Part shown: piece by piece, positions 19,587 to 28,936 of the stretch
Position numbering within the stretch: position 1 is the stretch's first letter
Layout: the number at the start of each line of letters is the position of its first letter
Assembly (NCBI GenBank): GCA_963663805.2
Contig: CAXXMR010000019.1
Coordinates: forward strand, 128,001 to 192,000
Reading direction: 5' to 3'
DNA length: 64,000 bases
Source: Sedimentisphaerales bacterium
GTDB lineage: Bacteria > Planctomycetota > Phycisphaerae > Sedimentisphaerales > SM23-30
Notes under the pieces: generated by a model
What the model saw: only the letters and a program-made list of their open reading frames with translations
What the model was told of the DNA's origin: nothing
The model's database searches: none
Position numbers and translations under genes: made by a program

Positions 19587-21719
19587 TCATAGTTTCTTTA
19601 ATTCGCCCCAGTGTAAATACTCATAGGCCTTGTCGCTGGAACTTGCCGGCATTTTCTGGTCATGAACAGCCTCCAGGTCGTTAATGCCTACATCAGAAAT
19701 AAACGAAGTGCTAACGGTACTTTCTGAAGCGATAGTCGGAACCGGCAAAGGACGGGCGTGCAGTTCGATATAAGGAATCCAAACAACCATAGGCTGTTTT
19801 CCACGGTGGGCACGGGCATAATATGGTATCATCTTGAAATTTCGTTTGGTTCTTTTAACATCCTGCGATTTTTCCTTTTGCAATTCTATGGCATGGCCCC
19901 GGAGAAGAACCATACCTCCCAGAAATTCCTCATCATAATCTGCCGTCAGTTCAGAGTTGTTCTCTATCATTATATTCAAGGGGTTTCCGCCTTCTAAGTC
20001 CTGCTGCTCAAGGCAGTATACCACCGGGCCGCGCTGTACAGCGATTTTGCCGACATTATCCGCAACTCGTCGGTCACATAACACGCGGCGAACAGGCATT
20101 GAGAATTCCACTTCTACAACATCCCCCTTCTTCCAGCTTTTTTTGAGACAGGCGTAACCTTTTTCCTCTACAACTTCGCATACCTTGCCATTTAACAGTA
20201 TGGTGTAATTATCAGCAAGAGGTTCGACAAATGTATAAAGTGCTGAGGAAGAACGCCAGCCTTGGGCCCAATCGGGGACGCGAATTTTCAGAGTGAACGT
20301 CTTTTCTTCCTGAGGGTCAACGTTAATCAATATTTTTCCGTTCCAGGGATATTGAGTATTCTGGGTAAGTTTTAAAGCGGTGCCGTCTACGTCAAATTCA
20401 GAGCGGCTGCCGATAAAAAGATTAACATAGACCTGGCGGTCACGAACAGCATAAACGTAACCCGGCATAGAATTCAAAAAGCGACAAATATTACTGGGGC
20501 AACAGGCAGTATTGAACCACGGGCTCCGCTCCTGCCCCGCGACAGCCTCCAAAGGATTGGGGTAAAAGAACGTCATGCCGTCCATAGAAACACCACTAAG
20601 AACATTGTTGTATAAGGCCCTTTCCATAATATCAACATACTTTGAATCGCCGTGCAGCAGAAACATACGATGGTTCCAGTACACATTTGCAATCACGGCG
20701 CAAGTTTCGCAATAGGCTGTCTGGTTGGGCAATTCGTATGGATCACCGTAGGATTCGCCGTGATGCCGGGCACCAATTCCACCGGTAATATACAATTTTC
20801 GATTTGCGACATCATCCCATATTTTATCAATGGCCTGAATGAACTTCTGATTGTCGGTCAGGGCTGCAACATCGGCCATGCCGCTATACATATAAGTTCC
20901 GCGTACCGCATGTCCGACAGCCTCAAACTGCTCGGTTACAGGTATATGCGACTGGTCATATTCTCGCTGGTTTTGGGGGTCACTGCCCCGGCAATCCAAA
21001 AAACGTTGGGCCTGGTCCAGATATTTCTTCTCGCCGGTCACACGATAAAGCTTAACCAAACCAATCTCAATTTCCTGATGGCCTGGGAAACCGTCCCTCT
21101 TTCCGGGGCCAAATACATCACAAACCAAATCCGCATTTTTAATTGCCACATTCAAGAAAGTTTTTTTACCAGTGGCAAGATAATGCGCTGCGGCAGCCTC
21201 ATACATGTGCCCGACATTATAAAGTTCGTGCGAGCGGTGCAAATTATCCCACGGCTCTTTTTTGTAGCAACAGCCCATTTTATGATTATTGGCCTCCTGC
21301 GCTCGCGATGTCCAGGCGGTATAGAGGTAGCCGTTTTCTTCCTGGGCAGCGGCTACGTAAGAAATAACCTTATCCAGATAAGCGTCCATTTGCGGGTCCG
21401 GCTTGAGCATCAGTGAATAAGCGGCGGCTTCCATAATTTTATATACGTCTGAATCATTGAAGCCCGTCTTGCCCTGATAAGGCTGATTGGATAACCCCCC
21501 GGCAAGTTTGAAATTTTCGATTCTGCCGGTATCCTCACATTTCTTAAACGCAAACGGTATAGTAACCGTGCGGTTGGTCTCCATTCGTCCCAGCCAGAAA
21601 GAATCATTAAAATGTACCTGCCTGAAAGTGACAGGCTGATAAGGGTAATCTGACAGCTCAGCATTAACCGGCACAACACTTATCAAAGCCAAAGATATAA
21701 AAAACATTTTCTGAAACAT
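19587..21719 (-). CDS. Glycoside hydrolase family 127 (beta-L-arabinofuranosidase-like), possibly C-terminally truncated
   Basis: Signal peptide; FNDSDVYK, HELYNVGH, GHAVR, YCETCA, FFYPNPL, ACCPSN motifs. Confidence 0.9.
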   Translation of the reverse strand: MFQKMFFISLALISVVPVNAELSDYPYQPVTFRQVHFNDSFWLGRMETNRTVTIPFAFKKCEDTGRIENFKLAGGLSNQPYQGKTGFNDSDVYKIMEAAAYSLMLKPDPQMDAYLDKVISYVAAAQEENGYLYTAWTSRAQEANNHKMGCCYKKEPWDNLHRSHELYNVGHMYEAAAAHYLATGKKTFLNVAIKNADLVCDVFGPGKRDGFPGHQEIEIGLVKLYRVTGEKKYLDQAQRFLDCRGSDPQNQREYDQSHIPVTEQFEAVGHAVRGTYMYSGMADVAALTDNQKFIQAIDKIWDDVANRKLYITGGIGARHHGESYGDPYELPNQTAYCETCAVIANVYWNHRMFLLHGDSKYVDIMERALYNNVLSGVSMDGMTFFYPNPLEAVAGQERSPWFNTACCPSNICRFLNSMPGYVYAVRDRQVYVNLFIGSRSEFDVDGTALKLTQNTQYPWNGKILINVDPQEEKTFTLKIRVPDWAQGWRSSSALYTFVEPLADNYTILLNGKVCEVVEEKGYACLKKSWKKGDVVEVEFSMPVRRVLCDRRVADNVGKIAVQRGPVVYCLEQQDLEGGNPLNIMIENNSELTADYDEEFLGGMVLLRGHAIELQKEKSQDVKRTKRNFKMIPYYARAHRGKQPMVVWIPYIELHARPLPVPTIASESTVSTSFISDVGINDLEAVHDQKMPASSSDKAYEYLHWGELKKL

Positions 21720-21842
21720 TCGTAACCCTTTCACCTGGTATTGAACATCTGCGATTGTACTAAAGTTGCACCTTCCAGTTGTCTTCCTGTCGTATGCTGA
21801 GTTCTTATCAAAAAAAATAGTAATTTGTCAAGGGGGAACGAA

Positions 21843-21981
21843 ACGGTGTCCGGTACATTTATGCTTTCCGGCCCCGGATAATAAAAACCGACTGAACCCC
21901 AACACCTCGGGTTTGTCGTTCTCAAGAGGAAGGCAAGAGGCGATAGGCAAGAGTGAAGGTTTGGCCTCCGGCCAGTTGAAA
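21843..21981 (+). repeat. Dispersed repeat module A, copy 2
   Basis: Near-identical to 3500-3631. Confidence 0.95.
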
Positions 21982-22064
21982 ATTTTGTTAATAATCCGGC
22001 TCGGTACGCTGTCTCGTGAGGTTTCCCCCCGGCTGCCGCCGAATCAGTTGTCCGCAGAAATTTG

Positions 22065-22191
22065 AACCACGAAATACACCAAATACACGAAAGAATTATA
22101 TTTCTTTTTTTTGTGTCGTTCGTGTGTTTCGCGGTTTTAATCTCTTGGCAGTTGCCGTTAATAATCCGCGTAATTCCATTAATCCGCGGTT
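22065..22191. repeat. REP-like inverted repeat plus AATCCGCG-type arm
   Basis: AACCACGAAATACACCAAATACACGAAA ... TTCGTGTGTTTCGCGGTT; then AATCCGCGTAATTCCATTAATCCGCGGTTT. Confidence 0.75.
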
Positions 22192-22211
22192 TCATTTTTT
22201 ATAAGCTGTAA

Positions 22212-22688
22212 TTGTCAGCGGAGAACCGCTGTAATAATACTGATAATCCTGAAAGTTTCGTCTTTCTGACTGATGAATCATGTTATAACAGATTTGACGT
22301 CCCATAAAAACGCATGCGGCGTTATTCCGCTTAAATCAGAGCTCTGCCGCTTAAAGAATCAGAGTTCTGACTTAAGAATCAGAGCAATGACGAAATGATT
22401 TGCTTTGCTGACAAAGTCAGCAGAGCGCCGCACAAAGGAATCGTTCCGCTGACAAAGTCAACAGAGCGCCGACAAAAGAATTCATCCCGCTGACAAAGTC
22501 AGAAGAGTTCTGACCAAAGGAATCATAGCGCCGACTTTGTCAGCAAAGCTCTGATTAAATCAGCAGAGCTATGACAAAAGAATCAGGCCACCGCTTTAAG
22601 AATAGACCCGCCGCCCAAATCGCAGCTTCGCCGCTTTTCTCGCCGGTCAGCCGATTAAAGAAAAACTCCTCCGCTTGAACGAGCGATT
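22212..22688 (+). repeat. Dispersed element B, copy 2: leader plus ~18 tandem 20/21-bp palindromic units
   Basis: Units at 22325, 22345, 22365, 22385, 22406, 22426, 22447, 22467, 22488, 22508, 22529, 22549... (e.g. TGCTGACAAAGTCAGCAGAG). Confidence 0.9.
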
Positions 22689-23106
22689 CAATGGCGATAT
22701 CTTGATTGGGCAGCATCCAGTTCTGGAATGGCGACATAAATGTCAGGCGGGTAGGCCGGTATTTGTTTGGGGGCCATAATTTATGAGGTTGTTTTCCGGG
22801 GAATTAAAGGGGCGTTAGCTGGGCAGGGCGGCTGCCCAGAATGCCTTGTTTTGCTATTATTACAGGAGTTAGTAATTGGATGTTAATATGGGGAGGGTGT
22901 CGCTGTGCCTATCGCATTGGTGGGATGGGGATATTTAATAATGGGCAGGGGTTACCCTCTGATTTTGGCTGGTTGATTTGCTTTTGGGGCGGGTTGGGGG
23001 TATCATCTTATTGAAGGTTTCGTTATAATCCAGGGGTGCGGTGCGTTTGCGTCTGGGTTTCGGGTGCGGCGGCGGCGAGGAGTCTGTCGGCTCTGGAGAG
23101 AGTTTG

Positions 23107-24372
23107 ATGATGAATGGTCTGGCAAAAGGTAAGCGGATAGGTTTTATATCAACGCGGTTCGCGGGGACGGACGGGGTTTCGCTGGAGGCCCGGAAGTGGG
23201 CGGAGGTTCTGGAGCGGAACGGGCATGCGAATTTCTGGTTCGCGGGCAAGTTAGACACCGACCCGGCAAAGAGTATGCTGGTGCCGGAAGCGTTCTTTGA
23301 AGATCCGGCGAATATGTGGATAAATGAGCAGGTGTTCGGGCATCATAGCCGGACGCGGGCGTGTACTTCGAAGATTCACCAGTTCAAAGAAGAGCTCAAG
23401 GATAAGATCTATGAGTTTCTGGAGAAGTTCAAAATAGACGTTATCGTCTCTCAGAATTGCGTGACGATCCCGATGCATATTCCTTTGGGGCTGGCGGTGG
23501 CGGAAGTTAAGGTTGAGAGTCGGCTGCCGATGATCGCTCATCATCATGATTTCTACTGGGAGCGGGACCGATTTGCGATAAACGCAGTGGCGGATTGTCT
23601 GGAGATGGCATTTCCGCCTCGTTATGAAAATATTCAGCATGTGGTAATCAATACGCCGGCGAAGGAGCAGTTGGCGTTTCGGACGGGGATTAGCTCGCAT
23701 GTTATTCCGAATGTTATCGACTTCAACGCACCGCCGCCGACGTGGGATAATTATAACGCTTCGCTGCGGTCGGATTTGGGGCTGACGGCTGATGATAAGA
23801 TGATATTGCAGCCGACGCGAATCGTGTCGCGTAAAGGGATTGAACATGCTATCGAGCTGGTGCGGCGGCTTAACGATAAAAGATACAAGCTGGTGATTTC
23901 GCATGAGGCGGGCGATGAAGGGTTTGAGTATCAGCAGTTTCTGATGGATTACGCGGCGAGCGTGGGGGTTGATATGCGGATCGCGGCGCGGAAGATTTCT
24001 TCGGAGCGGGCAGACGATAAGGAACTGGGCAAGAAATATACGCTGGCGGATGTTTATCTGCACGCGGATTTGGTGACTTATCCGAGTTTGTATGAGGGAT
24101 TCGGGAACGCTTTTCTGGAAGCGATATATTTTCGCAAACCGCTGCTGGTGAATCGGTATTCGATTTATATCAGGGACATTGAGCCGAAAGGTTTTAATGA
24201 AATTGAGATGAACGGGTATGTGACCGAGGCCGCGGTGGAAGAAGCCCGACGGGTGCTGGAAGATGAGGTGTATCGGGAGGAGATGGTTAATCATAATTTT
24301 GAGCTGGGCCGGAAGTATTATTCTTATGAGGTGCTGGAGCGGTCTTTGAATGGGCTGCTGGCGGAAATGTAA
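23107..24372 (+). CDS. Glycosyltransferase family 4 (mannosylglucosylglycerate synthase-like)
   Basis: RFAGTDGVSLE, HHHDFYWER, QPTRIVSRKGIE, YPSLYEGFGNAFLEA. Confidence 0.85.
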   Translation: MMNGLAKGKRIGFISTRFAGTDGVSLEARKWAEVLERNGHANFWFAGKLDTDPAKSMLVPEAFFEDPANMWINEQVFGHHSRTRACTSKIHQFKEELKDKIYEFLEKFKIDVIVSQNCVTIPMHIPLGLAVAEVKVESRLPMIAHHHDFYWERDRFAINAVADCLEMAFPPRYENIQHVVINTPAKEQLAFRTGISSHVIPNVIDFNAPPPTWDNYNASLRSDLGLTADDKMILQPTRIVSRKGIEHAIELVRRLNDKRYKLVISHEAGDEGFEYQQFLMDYAASVGVDMRIAARKISSERADDKELGKKYTLADVYLHADLVTYPSLYEGFGNAFLEAIYFRKPLLVNRYSIYIRDIEPKGFNEIEMNGYVTEAAVEEARRVLEDEVYREEMVNHNFELGRKYYSYEVLERSLNGLLAEM

Positions 24373-24378
24373 GGGAAT

Positions 24379-24435
24379 AAATCCTAAACACTAAATCCAA
24401 AATAAATACGAAATTCGAATATCGAAAAACGAAAC
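24379..24435. repeat. Degenerate 7-bp-period repeat (AAATCCT/AAATTCG type)
   Basis: AAATCCTAAACACTAAATCC...AAATACGAAATTCGAATATCGAAAAACGAAAC; a reverse-complement-like tract is at 44075-44127. Confidence 0.55.
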
Positions 24436-24527
24436 GATATGAAAAAGTAAAGGCTGAAGCTTGCGAAGGATGCGCAGGGCAAAATTAACGCCAGGGCGGG
24501 CGTTTGAGATGAGAGGATATTTAGCGG

Positions 24528-27281
24528 ATGCCATTAGTGACATTTTATTTTGAGCTTCATCAGCCTTATCGGCTGCACCCGGATACGAGCAAGTTTTTGT
24601 GGAACGAACAGAACGAGGAAGTGTTCCACAAGGTTGCTAATAAATGTTATCTGCCAGCGACACTGATGTTCGCGGAGCTGATACGGGAGAATCCGAAATT
24701 CAAGGTTACGTTTTCGATGTCGGGTACGTTTCTGGAGCAGGCGGAGAATTATGACCCGAAAGTTATCGAGGCGTTGCGGGAGCTGCTGGACGCGGGCAAA
24801 GAGCATCATCAAGTGGAGTATCTGGAGGAGACTTATTATCATTCTCTGGCGGGGCTTTTTAAGGATCCGCGTAAGCGTGAGTTTAAGGACCAGGTTACGC
24901 TGCATCGTCAGAAGATGAAGGATTTGTTTGGTTTGCGGCCCAGCTCGTTTCGCAATACGGAGCTGATGTACAATAACGAAATCGCTAATATTGTTGCGGA
25001 TATGGGCTATAAAGCGATATTGTGTGAGCAGCGGGATGATATGTTTACGCCGCGGGATGGGAAGGCGATTTCGCCGAACGCGGTTTTTCGGCCTAAAGGT
25101 CGGGGCTCTCGGGCGCGAGAAATGGTTGTTTTGGCACGTAACCGGAATTTAAGCGATGATGTGGCTTTTCGTTTTCGGCATGGCCAGATGACGCCGGATG
25201 ATTATCTGAAATTTCTGGCGCGGGTGGATGGCGAGTCGGTGGTGCTGGGTTATGATTATGAGCATATCGGGGAGCATTTGTGGTCAGATACGGGGATATT
25301 CGATTTTTGGCGGGGGCTGGCGCGTTCGATAGGGAATTATCCGAATGTGGTGGCGTGCAATCCGACGGAGATCGCCGAAAAGCTCAAGGACGCCGAATGT
25401 CCGGTACTGGATATTCATCCGCTGTCGACTTCATCGTGGGCGGATATGGAACGGAATACGCAAGGGTGGCTGGGCTCATCGACGCAGTACGCACTATTTC
25501 AGGATTTGGAGAATCTGGAACAGGAGGTTCATCATGCGGGCAAGACACTGCTGGATAACTGGCGGATGCTGACGACTTCGGACCATTTGTATTATCTGCA
25601 CGAGGGCAAGGGTGCGGACCGGACGGTGCATGATTATTTTAGTCCGTACGGCTCGCATGCGGCGGCGGCTTATGTGCTGACGCGGAACATTGATAATTTG
25701 CGGGCGAATCTGAAGACGTTTTATATCGGCAAGGAAGTTCGCAAGACTCCGGTGGTGATAATTGCGCCGGAGACGAGCAGGCTGCCGGCGGGTATGGGGC
25801 ATATTGCGTCTTTGGTTTCCGGTAAGAGCGGCGGGCTGGGCGAGGTGATCGGTGCGATATGCAAAGGGTTGTCGGAACGGGATATTGCGACGCATCTGGT
25901 GACGCTTAACCTGAAGCGGCGGTTTCGGCAGGAATCGCATGTTAGTGAGGAAGAATGGATTCGTTCGCGGCATCGGCTTGATTCGAAGAATGTGCATCTG
26001 GTGACTTCGTCGGTGTTTGAGAATTACAGCAATGCCTACGAGGGCAATCCGGCATTTACGGCAGCGGAGTTTCAGCGGCAGTTGATTAATACGTACCTAA
26101 AAGAGATTCGCAGTCAATATGAGGGCCGGGCTATAATTCATACGCACGACTGGATGGCGGGCGGGGCGTTCGCGGCGTACGCCAAGATGCGGCAGATACC
26201 GATGCTGCATACGATACATAATACTCATACGGCGTTTATTCCGATGCGGATGCATGAGGGAATAAATGTGGACAGGCTGCGGGATAATTTGTATATCGAG
26301 TGGCAGGGCGACCAGGAAGGGGTGGACGCTCAGGCGACGGCAGTTAAGAACGCTACGCTGGTGAGTTCGGTAGGCAAGCGTTTTCTGGATGAGATTGTGC
26401 ATGATTATTTTCTGGATCGGCCGATTATACCGTGGAGTGTGCGGCAGGAGCTGAAGGTCAAATATAATAATCATAACACGGTGGTGATTCCGAACGGGAT
26501 TTCACCGGAAGTGTTCCCGGAGAATCAGAAGGAAGAGCCGGACGTGGATAAGCCGGGGCTGGCGAAGACTTTTGGCGATTCGTCGAGCGGGATTATCGAG
26601 GCGAAGAAGCTTAATCTGGTGAAGTTTCAGAAGCAGATGGGGCTGAAGGTTGATGCCGAGGCCATCATGCTGTTTTGGCCTTCGCGGCTGGACCCAAGCC
26701 AAAAAGGGGTGGAGCTGCTGGAGGATATGGCGTTGAAGCTGCTGTATAATAATCCTGATACACAAATCGCGGTGGTGGGTAATCCGGTGGGCAATGAGCA
26801 TTATCATCGTGAGGTGATTGGTCGGCTGGCCTGTGCGTCGAATGGTCGGATGGCTTATGCGGAATTCGATAATGATTTGTGTATGCTGGGTTATGCGGCG
26901 GCGAGCGATGTGTTTGGCGCTTCGCTTTATGAACCGTTTGGGCAAATTGATGTGGTGGGGAATCTGTATGGGGCGACGGCGACTAATCGGGATACGGGCG
27001 GGTATCATGACAAGATAAGTCCGCTGAGTTTGAAGGCATGGGGTGCGCCGCAGGATAACGGCAATGGGGTGCTGTTCAAGAATTATGATTCGGGCGGGCT
27101 GCGATGGGCTTTGGAACAGACCATAAATAATCATAGATTTTTCCGCAAGCATCCGGGACAATGGGAACGTCAGGCTTATCGGATTATGCGTGAGGCGCAG
27201 AAGAACTGGTCGCTTCAGCATATGGTGGCGGGCTATCTGGATGTCTATGAGCGGTTAAACCGTGGCAAGCCGCTGAGCTGA
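24528..27281 (+). CDS. GH57 alpha-amylase-like domain fused to GT5 glycogen/starch synthase domain
   Basis: N-half FELHQP, ETYYHSL, FRNTEL, DYEHIGEH, LTTSDHLYY (GH57); C-half APE...KSGGLGEV, HTHDW, TIHN, IPNG, SRLDPSQKG, SLYEPFG, TGG (GT5). Confidence 0.88.
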   Translation: MPLVTFYFELHQPYRLHPDTSKFLWNEQNEEVFHKVANKCYLPATLMFAELIRENPKFKVTFSMSGTFLEQAENYDPKVIEALRELLDAGKEHHQVEYLEETYYHSLAGLFKDPRKREFKDQVTLHRQKMKDLFGLRPSSFRNTELMYNNEIANIVADMGYKAILCEQRDDMFTPRDGKAISPNAVFRPKGRGSRAREMVVLARNRNLSDDVAFRFRHGQMTPDDYLKFLARVDGESVVLGYDYEHIGEHLWSDTGIFDFWRGLARSIGNYPNVVACNPTEIAEKLKDAECPVLDIHPLSTSSWADMERNTQGWLGSSTQYALFQDLENLEQEVHHAGKTLLDNWRMLTTSDHLYYLHEGKGADRTVHDYFSPYGSHAAAAYVLTRNIDNLRANLKTFYIGKEVRKTPVVIIAPETSRLPAGMGHIASLVSGKSGGLGEVIGAICKGLSERDIATHLVTLNLKRRFRQESHVSEEEWIRSRHRLDSKNVHLVTSSVFENYSNAYEGNPAFTAAEFQRQLINTYLKEIRSQYEGRAIIHTHDWMAGGAFAAYAKMRQIPMLHTIHNTHTAFIPMRMHEGINVDRLRDNLYIEWQGDQEGVDAQATAVKNATLVSSVGKRFLDEIVHDYFLDRPIIPWSVRQELKVKYNNHNTVVIPNGISPEVFPENQKEEPDVDKPGLAKTFGDSSSGIIEAKKLNLVKFQKQMGLKVDAEAIMLFWPSRLDPSQKGVELLEDMALKLLYNNPDTQIAVVGNPVGNEHYHREVIGRLACASNGRMAYAEFDNDLCMLGYAAASDVFGASLYEPFGQIDVVGNLYGATATNRDTGGYHDKISPLSLKAWGAPQDNGNGVLFKNYDSGGLRWALEQTINNHRFFRKHPGQWERQAYRIMREAQKNWSLQHMVAGYLDVYERLNRGKPLS

Positions 27282-27383
27282 TGGGATTTGCGGAGGATTG
27301 TTATGCCGGCAGGAATCAACTGGATGTGGGTTGTACTGATGCTGATTGGGGTGATGTTCAGTTATTTACCGGAGTAGTTTATT

Positions 27384-28550
27384 TTGAAATTTGGAAAATT
27401 ATTCTTACGGTTGCTGTTGGTGTTGAGTTTGGGAACGGGGGCGGTCTGGGCGGTTGAGGTTGCCGCACCTGGTCAGGCGGAGTTGGTGGCTAAGTGCGGT
27501 AAGGGGGCACTCTATAATATGCGGGGGCAGAAAGTGCTGGTACTCAAGGGCAATCATTATGAGATGGGGTATCAGCAGGGGAAGCTGTTGACTGATGAGG
27601 TGCGGCAGCTGGTGACGACGGTGCTGATGACTACTTTTGTGGTGCAGACAGCGCGGACGGGTGAGGTGCTGGAGGGTTCGCTGGCTGAGGCGTATCGGCG
27701 GACGGTACCTTATATTGATGAACGCTATCAGCAAGAGATGCGGGGGCTGGCGGATGGTTCGGGGGTTAAGCTGGCTGAGATCCAGTTAGCGAATATTTTT
27801 CCGGAGCTGTTCCATTGCAGCGGGTTTGCGGTCTTCGGCAAGGCCAGCAAGGACGGCGTGCTTTATCACGGCAGGATTCTGGATTATATGACGGGGATTG
27901 GTTTACAGAATCATGCGGTGGTGACTGTTTGTGAGCCGGAAGGGTTTAACGTGTTTGTGACGGTGGGGTACGCGGGGTTTATTGGCTCGGTGACGGGGAT
28001 GAATGAAAAGCAGGTGGCGTTTGGTGAGATGGGCGGTCGGGGCGAAGGCAACTGGGACGGGATGCCGATGTCGTTTCTGATGCGCAAGGGGATGGAAGAA
28101 TCTGATACACTGGCTGAGGCGGTTGAGCTGTTTCGGGAAACGTCGCGGACTTGTGAATATTATTACGTGATAAGCGATGGTAAAGGGCCGGACGCGCGGG
28201 GGCTGGCTTGCAGACCGGGGACTTTTGAGGTTGTCGCTCCGGGTGAGTTTCATGAGCTTCTGCCTCATCCGGCTGAGGACGCGGTTTTGCTTAGTGCGGA
28301 AAAACGTTATGAACTGCTGGCCCAGCGTGTGGCTGATGGGCTGGGTAAGATCGACCTTATGGGGGCGTTGGAGTTGATGGATCGGCCGGTGGCGATGAAG
28401 AGCGCGTTGCATTGTGTTTTGTTTGAGCCGGCGACGTTGAAGTTCTGGGTTGCGAACGCGGCACGTGAGGCGGGTGATAAGCAGGCAGCACCTTATCAGG
28501 TTTATTATGGTTATGATTTGAATGAGCTGCGAGAATTGTTAAACAAATAG
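27384..28550 (+). CDS. Peptidase C45 / acyl-CoA:6-APA acyltransferase family (Ntn hydrolase), secreted
   Basis: Signal peptide; G..YEMGYQQG; LFHCSGFAV with putative catalytic Cys; HGRILDY; GMNEK. Confidence 0.8.
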   Translation: MKFGKLFLRLLLVLSLGTGAVWAVEVAAPGQAELVAKCGKGALYNMRGQKVLVLKGNHYEMGYQQGKLLTDEVRQLVTTVLMTTFVVQTARTGEVLEGSLAEAYRRTVPYIDERYQQEMRGLADGSGVKLAEIQLANIFPELFHCSGFAVFGKASKDGVLYHGRILDYMTGIGLQNHAVVTVCEPEGFNVFVTVGYAGFIGSVTGMNEKQVAFGEMGGRGEGNWDGMPMSFLMRKGMEESDTLAEAVELFRETSRTCEYYYVISDGKGPDARGLACRPGTFEVVAPGEFHELLPHPAEDAVLLSAEKRYELLAQRVADGLGKIDLMGALELMDRPVAMKSALHCVLFEPATLKFWVANAAREAGDKQAAPYQVYYGYDLNELRELLNK

Positions 28551-28936
28551 ATTAGAGGGGTAAAGCAATGGGGCTTTGGCGTGAAGAAAAAATACAGGCT
28601 AAATATAACGAATGGCTGAAATATTCTCTGACCTGGTTTCTGTTAGTCTCTTACAAATGAAATTTTGCGCAAAATGGCAATGAAATCTTCAGCAATTATT
28701 CAAAGCTCCTCTGAGTGCAGGGATTATGAGCAGTTGATGAAGGTTTGGGGGGGTGGTTCTTTCTGGACTAAGTGGACTTTATGGACGGGGTGGATTGGCG
28801 GGGGAGGAATATTGAACAAAGGTGCCCTCTAACGATACGGGGTTTGTATTTTTTCTGGTTCTATGAGGGGGTGAGTGTTATATTGTTCTGATAATTGCAA
28901 ACAGAGCTGTGGAACTAATTGGAAGAATATAACGCT

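Noticed and set aside
21609..21620. AAAATGTACCTG partial motif match
   Set aside because: Short match inside the GH127 coding sequence; likely chance
21731..22195. 154-aa ORF resembling ORFs 3418-3600 and 3470-3688
   Set aside because: Similarity comes from the shared DNA repeat module A; the 7-bp indel breaks frame conservation
23314..23322. Perfect DnaA box TGTGGATAA
   Set aside because: Isolated, inside the GT4 CDS and ~24 kb from dnaA
23251..24294. 347-aa minus-strand ORF and similar antisense ORFs at 14882, 20652, 26502, 29636, 61267
   Set aside because: Fully overlap confidently identified genes on the opposite strand
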